NCBI GenBank assembly: GCA_965208105.1
Contig: OZ242318.1
Coordinates: 3,008,001-3,072,000 of the forward strand
From: Candidatus Latescibacterota bacterium
GTDB lineage: Bacteria > Latescibacterota > UBA2968 > UBA8231
Direction of reading: 5' to 3'
DNA length: 64,000 bases
Made by a program: the position numbers and the translations under genes. This document shows, in pieces, positions 38,809 to 48,283 of this stretch; positions within the stretch are counted from its first letter, which is position 1, and the number at the start of each line of letters is the position of its first letter. The notes under the pieces are model-generated. The model searched no databases. It worked only from the letters and a program-made list of their open reading frames with translations, and had not been told where the DNA came from.

Positions 38809-40515
38809 TTACCAGAGAACGACGAAGAGCATGAAGCTCGCGATAGCGAGGTAGACAAGAGCCCAAAGCCCAGGACGTTTGAACCAAGGCAGCCCCCTTG
38901 CCGGCAGATCAAAGGGATACTGGGGCCGGACCGGCGCTTCGAGCAGGGTTTTCTGCAGCCAGGTTCCCTCCAGCGCTTTCAGGCGGTGTCCCATCAACTC
39001 GCGCAGGTCCGAAATTGCTTCACGCCGGGTGTAGACCAGTCCCCTCAATTCGTCATCCGCAACGCGCCGGTGCCGCAGGTCAATGATTTTCGATGCAACC
39101 AGCATGCTCGTAGCGGGGAGCACGATATTCCAGAGGTATGCCCACCATGTATTGGTGTACCACGTGGGCAGTGGCCACTCGCCGAGGTCGGCCAGGATGG
39201 CCGACACGCCGTAGACCAGCCCCACCAGTAGACCGACGATCCCGGTCGCCCGATGCACCCGGGTGAAGACTCCCATGAGAATTATTGTCATGAGCGGTAC
39301 GGCAATGGCTCCGGCGAGCCGCAGGTAGAGATTTACCATCCCCTGTTCGAGAAAAGGTACGTAGACGAACCCCAATCCGATGATGAAGGGAATCGAGATG
39401 CGGCCCACTCGGGTGTAGTGAGCGTCTGTGGCATTCTTGACGATGAATCGTGCGTAGATGTCGCGAACGAAGAGGGAGGAGATTCCAATGCCTATGGAAT
39501 CGAAGGTGGAATACCCCGCGGCCAACAGGCCGGCCACGACAAGGCCGACCAGGCCGGCGGGCAGGTAGCGTTCGATCAGCAGAGGATAGGCCTGGTCGAC
39601 GATCTCCAGATCGGGGAAGTCGGCATGAGCCATGGGTCCCAGGCTGACATTGAACCACATGCAGAGCGCCGAAACCACGCTTGCTACGAGCGCGGCCATC
39701 TTGAAATCCCACTCCGAGCGCGCGCCCAGAAAGCGGACGGCTTCATACTGGTTTATCACTGCGTAGGTTGTCAGCACCACTACGAAACCGAATATCACCA
39801 TCAGGGGCGAGACCCCTGGCGGCGAGTACCCGCCTACGCGCAGAAGGGTGTCCGGCAGGTCCGCGTCGATGGAACCCAGCCGCTGGTTCAAGCCTTCCCA
39901 GCCACCCATACTCGACCACACCACCCCCCACACCACCAGGGAGGCCACCACCATCACCGTACTTTGTATGGCGTCTGTGAAGACCCCGGCCTGCAGGCCT
40001 CCGCGGACGAGATAGACAACCGCGGTGGTGGCCACTCCCACCACGATGGCCCAGCTCCAACCGCTCCCAATGTCCGCCACCACATTGAGCACGAGGTACA
40101 TCGAAAAGAAAATATTGCCCAGTACATTGGTGCGCTGCTGGATATTGATCGCCACGGCCAGGAAGCGGGCGGAAGGTCCAAAGCGGAACTCCATCCACTC
40201 GGCGTTTGTGAAGACCCCTGACCGGTACATGGGGACTACGGCGAAGAAGCTCAGGACGATCCAGCCTACCGAAATTCCCAGCCACCATGGAGTGAGCTGC
40301 GAAAGCCCGAAGTTGTACGCCCCCCCAACGAGTGCGACGTAGTCACCGCTGTCTACGGCGGTGCCAAAGGCCGAAAGTCCAACGACCCACCACGGCATGG
40401 ACTTGGCCGCCATGTACCAGTCGAAACTCTCTCTCTTGCTTCTGAAGGAAACTATTCCGTAGAAAACGATGCCGCCGTTGATGACCAGGACCAGCAGCCA
40501 GTCCACCAGGGTCAT
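38809..40515 (-). CDS. Sodium:solute symporter (SSS) family transporter
   Basis: SMPWWVVGLS, EWMEFRFG, GGLQA..FTD.IQ and GLLAAGYSTFDS motifs; about 14 TM helices. Confidence 0.9.
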   Translation of the reverse strand: MTLVDWLLVLVINGGIVFYGIVSFRSKRESFDWYMAAKSMPWWVVGLSAFGTAVDSGDYVALVGGAYNFGLSQLTPWWLGISVGWIVLSFFAVVPMYRSGVFTNAEWMEFRFGPSARFLAVAINIQQRTNVLGNIFFSMYLVLNVVADIGSGWSWAIVVGVATTAVVYLVRGGLQAGVFTDAIQSTVMVVASLVVWGVVWSSMGGWEGLNQRLGSIDADLPDTLLRVGGYSPPGVSPLMVIFGFVVVLTTYAVINQYEAVRFLGARSEWDFKMAALVASVVSALCMWFNVSLGPMAHADFPDLEIVDQAYPLLIERYLPAGLVGLVVAGLLAAGYSTFDSIGIGISSLFVRDIYARFIVKNATDAHYTRVGRISIPFIIGLGFVYVPFLEQGMVNLYLRLAGAIAVPLMTIILMGVFTRVHRATGIVGLLVGLVYGVSAILADLGEWPLPTWYTNTWWAYLWNIVLPATSMLVASKIIDLRHRRVADDELRGLVYTRREAISDLRELMGHRLKALEGTWLQKTLLEAPVRPQYPFDLPARGLPWFKRPGLWALVYLAIASFMLFVVLW

Positions 40516-40527
40516 GGAGAAACCCTC

Positions 40528-41613
40528 CTATTCCATAGGAGGCAGGTGATACCCGTCCCTTTCTACCTTGATCCTGTACAGGCTGTGCCCGGCGGTGATG
40601 TAGAGGATCTTGCTGCTCATTCCGCGGCCGAAGGCCACGTTGGTGGGCACTTCGGTGGGGATGCGAGCGAGCTCCTCTCCTTCGGGTGAATACACATTTA
40701 TGCCTGGCCGGGTCAGGTCGCGCACGGCGACGTAGAGGTTGCCGTCTGCATCGCACACCAGTCCGTCGGGGCCGTCTTCCGGGTAGTAGTCCACAAGCAC
40801 CTTGCGGAACTGGGCCGTCCCATCCGGGTGCAGGTCATAGGCCAAAAGCGCCATGCGACCTTTGTGAGCGGGAGCCTCCAGGGGTATGCGTCCGATGCCC
40901 ATGTGGCCGTTGTCATTGCTCACCACGTAGAGACTTTTCTGATCCGGAGAAACGGCCACGCCATTTGGTTTGCCCGCATCGGTGATTATGCGGTGGATTT
41001 TCCCGTCCGGGTCGATCCGATAGACCGCAAACGTGGCCTGGTCCACCGGTTCGTGGCCCAGATATCGAGGGTCGCTGAAGTAGACCCTCCCCATTTCATC
41101 GATCGAAATGTCATTTGGGGCATTGAATGGCCTCCCTTCGAAAAGACCGGCGATTATCTCGGCCTTACCCGTTTTCAGATCGGTGCGCGTGACGCGCCGC
41201 CCGCCGAAATCGGCCCCTTCGGCGGCGATCAGGCGGTTCCAGGCGTCGAACTTCAGCCCATTCGACATTCCGCTGGGAGAGCGGAACAAACTGGTATTGC
41301 CGGTTTCGGGATCGTACCTCCAGATGTGTCCGGCCTGCATGTTCGAATCGAGAGTGAAGGTGATATCACTGAAGTAGACCGAGTTGTCGGATGCCACGGC
41401 CGGGCCTTCGGTGAAGAAACCATCACTGAAAAGCAGCTCCAGCCGGGCTTCCGGGGAGATGATGGACGGGTCGCCGCTGGGGTGCTCCAGATCCTCGATT
41501 TTCTGTCCCAGGATGAGGCCGGGAGTGCAGGCGAGCACAAGGGCAATGGCCGGCATCCAACCTGATGAAAATGTCACGTGGCGCAAAAGGTTGGTGAGAT
41601 ACATGAAAATCAC
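40528..41613 (-). CDS. SMP-30/gluconolactonase family protein, probably exported
   Basis: FTEGP, VYFSD, SNGL, FNAPND, PNGVAVSPD, PDGL..D..GNLY and TNVAFG motifs; start uncertain. Confidence 0.9.
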   Translation of the reverse strand: MIFMYLTNLLRHVTFSSGWMPAIALVLACTPGLILGQKIEDLEHPSGDPSIISPEARLELLFSDGFFTEGPAVASDNSVYFSDITFTLDSNMQAGHIWRYDPETGNTSLFRSPSGMSNGLKFDAWNRLIAAEGADFGGRRVTRTDLKTGKAEIIAGLFEGRPFNAPNDISIDEMGRVYFSDPRYLGHEPVDQATFAVYRIDPDGKIHRIITDAGKPNGVAVSPDQKSLYVVSNDNGHMGIGRIPLEAPAHKGRMALLAYDLHPDGTAQFRKVLVDYYPEDGPDGLVCDADGNLYVAVRDLTRPGINVYSPEGEELARIPTEVPTNVAFGRGMSSKILYITAGHSLYRIKVERDGYHLPPME

Positions 41614-41640
41614 TCCTTTCTTTTCATGCGGTTGTTCATG

Positions 41641-43812
41641 TCAATGCCTTCTTGCAGCACCGCAAAGCCGGGTCCATGCGCTCAACCTTCCGGAAAATTC
41701 CGCGAAGTAGGACTTGCAGGACTCGAGAGTTTCTCCCACAAGCAGAGCGCTGGCAAAGGCACGTGCCTGGAATGGGTCCGTGGTGAACAGGACCCCCTTT
41801 GAGAGTTGATTGCCTTCCATCTCAGGCGGATAGCGGTTTTCCATGTACTCGGCAAAGGCGCCTATATCCCTGAAGCCAGCGGCGCAGATGTCCTTCCCGC
41901 TGAGGATGATCCACACTGCGGTGCGCGCTGAGTTCACTCTATGGGACAAATGCAGTGCTACCCGGCCCATGGTGAAGCGAGGATTGATTTCAACAATGGG
42001 CTTGAGCCGCAGCCGCCTCCCGTCGAAATAGACCAGGGCGTCGACCCCCACGGGACCAACATACCCGGCGCCCCCCATGCAGGCGGCGGTATGGTCGGCC
42101 AGGCGTTCGGTCAACTCCTTCAGGCGATGACTGTCCCGGCCGTTGGCGTAGAGGAATTTCCTGGACTCGACATCAAGTCCCGCCGCCATGCGCGAGACGA
42201 CCGAGCCAAGGTACTGACCCCTCCGGTCGGTGAAATAGTAACTCCAGCCTGCAGCCTGAGCGGAGCCAGGCGCTTTGATGTCCAACTGCAAAGACAGGTC
42301 AAAGACTTTGTTGAGCCAGGGTTCCACCACCACGCCTCCCTGCCTTTCCAGAATATTCCGCAACCAGTTGGCCTGGGAATGCCGCATTCGTCCTTCTGTG
42401 ACGCGAATCTGGTTCTGTCCGGAAGCTCCGAAGTTGGCCTTGATGACCACCTCCCTGCTTCCTTCGGCGTGCAGTTTTTCCACATGGTCGACGGCGCCTT
42501 CCAGGTTTGTGCACGCCTCGCCAACCGTCCATTCGTCACAAAGCCAGTCTTCATCGGCTCGATGGGCGTGCAGGAACCGGCGCAGTACTTCCGCGCTCCA
42601 TGCCTTGGAGTAAAGCTGGCGTATCTCGTGGTTCCAGTGCTCGGCCTCCCTCGCAACCTTGTCCGGCGGCAGATTTCCAGCCAGTGGGGCCAAAAAGCGG
42701 AGGCTGTCCGGACTCCAGCCCCATGGATGCAAGCTGCCGATCTTGCGGCCGGCAACCTCGAGGTCCTCCAGCCTTTTATCCCCGAATTCGGCGAATTCCG
42801 GAATGTAGAATCCGGCGCGCAGCATCTTGCGCAAAAACCCCGACGAAGGACGCCTCTCCACCAGCACCAGGTCGTCCGCTGCACACCAGAGCATGGGCAG
42901 AGCCGTAAGATCTTCGGCCAACTGACGCCGAAGCCTGGTCGGTGTCCATCCAGTCCTGTTGAAGGCAGCCTGGCCTTCGCAGTTGGGATTGAACCAGTAG
43001 ACGCCGGGACAGCGTCCTCTGGAGCGGGTATGGAGTTCCAGCTCGTCGACAAATTCGGCGGACAGGCCTGCCTTGCGCCGGCCTTCGCGGTTGAAACCGA
43101 TGCCCTTGGCGCGGCTGGGGGTCAGGGGCATCCTCAGGGCGCGATTATAGGCATCCCACTCGGATAGTTCCGGGTTGCGCCAGCGGTTGAACCACAACAG
43201 GCCGTGCCTGACATGGCCGATCTCGTCCTGGTAGATGTTCTGCAGGAGGCAGGCCGTCTTGCCGTCGCCCGAGAGCTGGTAGGCGTGGGCGAAATGCAGG
43301 GAGTAGTCCAAATTGGCCTGCTCCAGGGTGAGGCTCAGACGGGCAACGAAGTCGAAGGGGGTCTCCATGGAGGAAATGCTCTTCCAGAAGAAATCGCTGA
43401 CCGGAATCTCGCCGAATTCCACCCCGATCTCCTGCATGCGGGTGCAGTAGAGCCTCAGGTGGTTTTGCTCGTCTATCAAGGTTCCAACCAGGCCGCGGCG
43501 AAACTTTGCCGGGGCTGCGGGGAACTTGAGCAGGGCCAGGGCGATCAGCTCCAGCGCCAGAAGTTCGTGGTTGGCGAAGAAGTGCAGTGCCAGGCCTCGT
43601 TCCCTCTCGGTCCGCAAGGTCCTTACATCCGAGAAGCGCAGCTTTTGGCGGCGATGCCAGCCGTCGAGGGAAAGTCCCTGCGGACGGCCGGGACAGGGAG
43701 GAGTGGCAATGGCCTCACCCGGCTCGTTATCCTCGATGCGGTCCCGTTCGAGCAGCTTTTCTTCCCAGGTAGAGCCGAAGAGGACATGCTCCGCAAGTGT
43801 CCTGATTTCCAT
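41641..43812 (-). CDS. DUF455 ferritin-like domain fused to an ATP-grasp-like domain
   Basis: N-terminal HFFANHELLALE, DEQNH, LEQANLD and DEIGH di-metal motifs; C-terminal VIKANFGASGQ, VVEPWL and GPVGVDA...EINPR.TMG motifs. Confidence 0.8.
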   Translation of the reverse strand: MEIRTLAEHVLFGSTWEEKLLERDRIEDNEPGEAIATPPCPGRPQGLSLDGWHRRQKLRFSDVRTLRTERERGLALHFFANHELLALELIALALLKFPAAPAKFRRGLVGTLIDEQNHLRLYCTRMQEIGVEFGEIPVSDFFWKSISSMETPFDFVARLSLTLEQANLDYSLHFAHAYQLSGDGKTACLLQNIYQDEIGHVRHGLLWFNRWRNPELSEWDAYNRALRMPLTPSRAKGIGFNREGRRKAGLSAEFVDELELHTRSRGRCPGVYWFNPNCEGQAAFNRTGWTPTRLRRQLAEDLTALPMLWCAADDLVLVERRPSSGFLRKMLRAGFYIPEFAEFGDKRLEDLEVAGRKIGSLHPWGWSPDSLRFLAPLAGNLPPDKVAREAEHWNHEIRQLYSKAWSAEVLRRFLHAHRADEDWLCDEWTVGEACTNLEGAVDHVEKLHAEGSREVVIKANFGASGQNQIRVTEGRMRHSQANWLRNILERQGGVVVEPWLNKVFDLSLQLDIKAPGSAQAAGWSYYFTDRRGQYLGSVVSRMAAGLDVESRKFLYANGRDSHRLKELTERLADHTAACMGGAGYVGPVGVDALVYFDGRRLRLKPIVEINPRFTMGRVALHLSHRVNSARTAVWIILSGKDICAAGFRDIGAFAEYMENRYPPEMEGNQLSKGVLFTTDPFQARAFASALLVGETLESCKSYFAEFSGRLSAWTRLCGAARRH

Positions 43813-43886
43813 AGTCGCAACTCAAAGATCCCGAAGGGGTGCCGCCCGTTTCTCACACCGGGGGGCATGGAGATCATGCCCCTGCC

Positions 43887-44780
43887 TCAAGGCTTCTCCC
43901 GGCTGAAGTAAGGCCCGTACAGGACTCCAAGTCTCTCCTTGATTTCATCGGTGATGAATTCCTCCGCGGTAATTATGGCATCGCGGGCGGCCCGCAAACA
44001 TTCGCAGTCGGACTCTCGAGGCAGCATGCGGGAAACCGTGCGGACAACCTGGTTGGCCTTGCGGGCGTTGCTTTTCAGAACTTCGAGCACCGATCCTATG
44101 GAAACGTCTTCCTCGCCATCATGCCAGCAGTCGTAGTCGGTGCTCATCGCCAACATCGCATAACACATTTCCGCCTCTCGGGCCAATTTGGCTTCGGGAA
44201 GGGCGGTCATGCCTATGACCGTGGCGTTGACAGCCTGCCGATAGAACTGCGATTCTGCCCGTGTCGAAAATTGGGGCCCTTCCATGCAAACGTAGGTACC
44301 GCCCTCGTGTGTCCTTCCATCTACCATCTTCGCCGCCTCGGTTACCAGCTGTCGAAGCTCGTGACAAAAGGGGTCGGCAAAGCTCATGTGGCCAACGATG
44401 CCCTCCCCGAAAAAAGTGGAGGCACGAACACCGCGGGTGCGATCAAAGATCTGGTCCGGAACCACCATGTCTCCGGGGAATATGTGCTCTTGCATGCTGC
44501 CGACCACACTTATGGCCAGAACATGCGTCACTCCGAGCTGCTTCAAAGCATGGATATTCGCCCGAGCATTCACCTCGGAGGGCAGAAGGCGGTGTCCGCG
44601 TCCGTGCCGGGGCAAAAACATCACCATGCGGTCACCGATGCTGGTCTCTGCCACCCTGTCCGAAGGCGGACCGAAAGGAGTTTCGAGGTTGTGCTCAGCG
44701 GCCACCTGTACGCCTTCCATTTCATAAATACCGGAACCGCCGATTACTCCCAGAATCACCGATTTCTTTTCTTCCACCAT
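43887..44780 (-). CDS. mtnP: S-methyl-5'-thioadenosine phosphorylase
   Basis: IGGSG, PRHGRGH, EGPQFSTRAES, IGMT.LPEAKLAREAE and TDYDCWH motifs. Confidence 0.93.
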   Translation of the reverse strand: MVEEKKSVILGVIGGSGIYEMEGVQVAAEHNLETPFGPPSDRVAETSIGDRMVMFLPRHGRGHRLLPSEVNARANIHALKQLGVTHVLAISVVGSMQEHIFPGDMVVPDQIFDRTRGVRASTFFGEGIVGHMSFADPFCHELRQLVTEAAKMVDGRTHEGGTYVCMEGPQFSTRAESQFYRQAVNATVIGMTALPEAKLAREAEMCYAMLAMSTDYDCWHDGEEDVSIGSVLEVLKSNARKANQVVRTVSRMLPRESDCECLRAARDAIITAEEFITDEIKERLGVLYGPYFSREKP

Positions 44781-44876
44781 TCATTCCTTTGCCGACGACA
44801 GGGGTGTTTTGGACCCGGAGGAAATGCACAATAAGATAAGGTGTCGTATCTTACCAGTCCATCAATGATTCCCGCT

Positions 44877-47234
44877 ATGCAGACGCCTCATTTCAAAATT
44901 TCCGTCCGATCCCTGGTGGACTTCGCTCTGCGCTCAGGTGATCTTTCCCGCGCCGGACCCTTGGGCAGGGACCGTGCAGCCGAGGGAGTTCGAGCCCATC
45001 AGGAAGTACAGCGAGGGCGTCCTCCCGCCTACCAGACCGAGGTCCCCGTTACATACCTGATCGAAGAGGATGCATTCTCCATTGAAATCGGTGGCCGGGT
45101 CGACGGACTCCTGGTCGAAGAAAAGATGGTCCTGGTTGAAGAGATCAAGACTACGCATACTCCATTCGATCCCCGGCATCCGGACAACCCACTGCACTGG
45201 GCCCAGGCGCAAACCTACGCATACATCCTGGCGGAACAGAACGACTTCCGGGAAGTCCAGGTCCAGCTTACCTACGTGCAGTTGGACGAGTGGAAGCTCC
45301 ACGAGGACCGCCGCACTTTCACCTTCGCGGAGCTCTCGGAATTCTTTGGCAATCTGATCGCGGTTTATCTCCGGTGGACACAAATCTATTGCAGGTGGCG
45401 CGAGGTGCGCGACCAGTCCATTGCATCCCTTGAATTTCCATTTCCTTCGTACCGCAAGGGGCAGCGCCGGTTCATTCTGGCTGCATACCGATCCATCCTG
45501 GGTGGAGGCAGGCTTTTTGCCCAGGCTCCCGCCGGTATCGGCAAGACCATCTCCGCCGTCTTTCCGGCGATCAAGGCAATGGGAAGAGGCCACCTGGAGA
45601 AGATCTTCTACCTCACCGCCAAAACCAGCGGCCGCATGGCCGTAGAGAAATGTCTCGACGACATGCGAGGCCATGGAATGAAACTCAAGAGCCTGACCCT
45701 GACCGCCCGGGACAAAATCTGTTTCAACCCAAGCGGCCTCCAATCCTGCGATCCGGATCACTGCGAGTACGCAATCGGCTACTTCGACCGCATCAACGCG
45801 GCCATTGAAGAGATTTTTCGGCAGGACGCGTTTACTCGCACCGCCGTGGAGGCTGTCGCTTCCAAGCACAAGGTGTGCCCCTTTGAATTTTCTCTCGATC
45901 TATCCTTGTGGGCTGACATAATCATATGTGACTACAACTACGTATTCGATCCCAGGGTCTTCCTGAAGCGGTTCTTCCTCGACAGGTCCGGCAACTACGC
46001 CCTCCTGGTCGACGAAGCTCACAACCTGGTGGACCGGGCACGCGCGATGTTCTCCGCCGACCTCTGCAGGCAGGATGTCCTGGACCTCGAACGCGTCGTT
46101 GAAAGAGACAATCCCGACCTGGCCCATACCCTCCAGGCAATCAACGCATCCATTCTGGAATTTCGCGAACGGTGCAAATCACAAGGGATAGTTGCAGGCG
46201 GGGAATGCCTGGATCGGTTCAGGGACTTGACCCCTTTGCTGCAGGAATTTCTCGACCAGGCCGGGGGAAAAAACCAAGGCAATGTATTGGCGCCTCACAG
46301 GGAAGAGATGACCGACTTCTATTTTAAGGTCATGGCCTTTCAGCGCACCGTGGATTTAATCGACGAGCACTTCACTGCCTACGTCGAAAACGAGGGTAAT
46401 GACGTGCGCCTGCGAATTCTCTGCCTCGATCCTTCTCATGAAATTCGCTCTGCCCTTGCACGCGGGATGACGGCGCTCTTTTTCTCCGCAACCCTGACCC
46501 CGCTACCGTATTTCCGCGACCTCCTTGGAGGGGAAGAAGGGGATCCCCTCCTGAGCCTGGAGTCCCCGTTCCCTCACCGGAATCTGCATGTCCTCGTCGC
46601 CGATCACATCGACACCACCTACAAAAGGAGGGAATTCACCTATGACGACGTATCTGCCTGCATAGCGGCAACGACCGACCGGAGGTGCGGAAATTACCTG
46701 GCGTTCTTCCCTTCCTACCGCTACATGGAAGCGGTGGCCGAGCGCTTCCAGAGGGCTCAGCCCGGGGTCGAGACAATTGTGCAAAGATCGGGAATGTCCG
46801 AACCCGAGCGCGAAGAATTTCTCCAGTTCTTTGAGCCAGGCAACCGAAAAACCATGGTGGGCTTCGCCGTTCTGGGCGGAATATTCGGTGAAGGGGTCGA
46901 CCTGGTTGGCGAGCGTCTGGTTGGTGCCGTTATTGTGGGAGTGGGACTGCCGCAGATTTGCCTGGAGAGAAACCTGATCCGCAGCTACTACGATCAGGCC
47001 GATCTGCCCGGGTTCGAATACGCGTATACATACCCGGGCATGAACCGGGTTCTGCAAGCGGCCGGCCGGGTTATCCGGACGGCCAACGATCGAGGAGTGG
47101 TCCTCCTGATAGACAGCAGGTTCGGCCAGCAACGGTATCGGCGCATGTTCCCCGCCTGGTGGTATCCCTGCAGGATCACCAGTCCAGGGGACATCCAGGT
47201 GGAAACCGGGGAGTTTTGGAAAGAAGAGGGCTGA
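44877..47234 (+). CDS. DinG/XPD-family Fe-S helicase with an N-terminal PD-(D/E)xK nuclease-like domain
   Basis: GRVDGL...EEIKT...Q..Y nuclease motif; QAPAGIGKT; Cys cluster C..C.P..C / CPFE; VDEAHNL, SATL and QAAGRVIR motifs. Confidence 0.9.
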   Translation: MQTPHFKISVRSLVDFALRSGDLSRAGPLGRDRAAEGVRAHQEVQRGRPPAYQTEVPVTYLIEEDAFSIEIGGRVDGLLVEEKMVLVEEIKTTHTPFDPRHPDNPLHWAQAQTYAYILAEQNDFREVQVQLTYVQLDEWKLHEDRRTFTFAELSEFFGNLIAVYLRWTQIYCRWREVRDQSIASLEFPFPSYRKGQRRFILAAYRSILGGGRLFAQAPAGIGKTISAVFPAIKAMGRGHLEKIFYLTAKTSGRMAVEKCLDDMRGHGMKLKSLTLTARDKICFNPSGLQSCDPDHCEYAIGYFDRINAAIEEIFRQDAFTRTAVEAVASKHKVCPFEFSLDLSLWADIIICDYNYVFDPRVFLKRFFLDRSGNYALLVDEAHNLVDRARAMFSADLCRQDVLDLERVVERDNPDLAHTLQAINASILEFRERCKSQGIVAGGECLDRFRDLTPLLQEFLDQAGGKNQGNVLAPHREEMTDFYFKVMAFQRTVDLIDEHFTAYVENEGNDVRLRILCLDPSHEIRSALARGMTALFFSATLTPLPYFRDLLGGEEGDPLLSLESPFPHRNLHVLVADHIDTTYKRREFTYDDVSACIAATTDRRCGNYLAFFPSYRYMEAVAERFQRAQPGVETIVQRSGMSEPEREEFLQFFEPGNRKTMVGFAVLGGIFGEGVDLVGERLVGAVIVGVGLPQICLERNLIRSYYDQADLPGFEYAYTYPGMNRVLQAAGRVIRTANDRGVVLLIDSRFGQQRYRRMFPAWWYPCRITSPGDIQVETGEFWKEEG

Positions 47235-47376
47235 CCTTCGGATTATTCCGGGAAGGCCGTCCGGCGGAAGAGGAATTGTTTCGTTCTTTCCAAGGCCTCA
47301 TTTTTTCATCGTCAAATTTTTCTGTTTCTCGTCCACATGATTTTTCAGCTGAACTGTCGTATTTGGAGGAGCGTAG

Positions 47377-48222
47377 ATGGAATGGGGTGAATTTGAACTG
47401 TTCCTGGTGAGCGATGGGACCTTTCGCCTGGACGGAGGGGCCATTTTTGGCACCATACCCAAGGTGCTGTGGGAGAAGACCAATCCAGCCGACCAGCGGA
47501 ATCGCATCTTGATGGGGCTCAACTGCCTGCTGATTCGCACGAGCCGGGAGACCATCCTGGTGGATACCGGCCTCGGTACAATCTACGATGAAAAGTTTTC
47601 ATTCCTCTACGATGTCGACCAGTCCAAGGCCAACCTGCTGAGCAGCCTGTCGGCGGCGGGGGTGAGTGCGGCGGAGGTCACCAAGGTGGTATTGACTCAT
47701 CTGCATTTCGATCACAGCGGCGGTACCTGCATGGAAGACCGCGACGGCCAGATAGTTCCGACCTTCCCGAACGCTTCCTACTATATCAATCGCGGTGAGC
47801 TGTCCTGTGCCAGGAATCCGGACCCGCGCAGCAGGCCGAGCTACCTGCGTCATAACTGGGAACCGCTCGAGCGCAGAGGCCAGGTAGTACTCACCGCGGG
47901 AGACCAGGAGATCGAACCCGGCGTAACCTTGAAGGTCACCCCGGGACATACCCGGAACCACCAGTGTGTCATGGTAAGGTCGGGAGACTCGACAGCGTGT
48001 TTCCTTGCCGACCTCGTGCCTACCCCGTCGCATCTGAAGACGCACTATGTAATGGGTTTCGACCTGTTTCCCCAGTCCACCATGAAAAGCAAGGAGAGGA
48101 TATTGAAACAAGCCCGGAGAGAAAACTGGCTGCTCATTTTTGAACATGCTCCTGACATCAGCGCAGGCTACCTGACTCCGGAACTGGGGATCGAGCCGGT
48201 TGAACTGGCTCCCCGCCGTTGA
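47377..48222 (+). CDS. MBL-fold metallo-hydrolase (YtnP-like)
   Basis: LDGGAIFG.IPK..W, THLHFDHSGG, GHT..H and FEH motifs. Confidence 0.9.
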   Translation: MEWGEFELFLVSDGTFRLDGGAIFGTIPKVLWEKTNPADQRNRILMGLNCLLIRTSRETILVDTGLGTIYDEKFSFLYDVDQSKANLLSSLSAAGVSAAEVTKVVLTHLHFDHSGGTCMEDRDGQIVPTFPNASYYINRGELSCARNPDPRSRPSYLRHNWEPLERRGQVVLTAGDQEIEPGVTLKVTPGHTRNHQCVMVRSGDSTACFLADLVPTPSHLKTHYVMGFDLFPQSTMKSKERILKQARRENWLLIFEHAPDISAGYLTPELGIEPVELAPRR

Positions 48223-48283
48223 TCTTCCGGGGAAGTGGGCAACCATTGCATAGACATCGTCCAATTGCCGGCAATAATTGAGA

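Noticed and set aside
41941-43167. 408-aa plus-strand ORF
   Set aside because: Antisense shadow of the DUF455-ATP-grasp gene.
44877-47234. Type IV CRISPR-associated DinG or Cas4 locus
   Set aside because: No repeat-spacer array or other cas genes seen; the neighbours are housekeeping genes.
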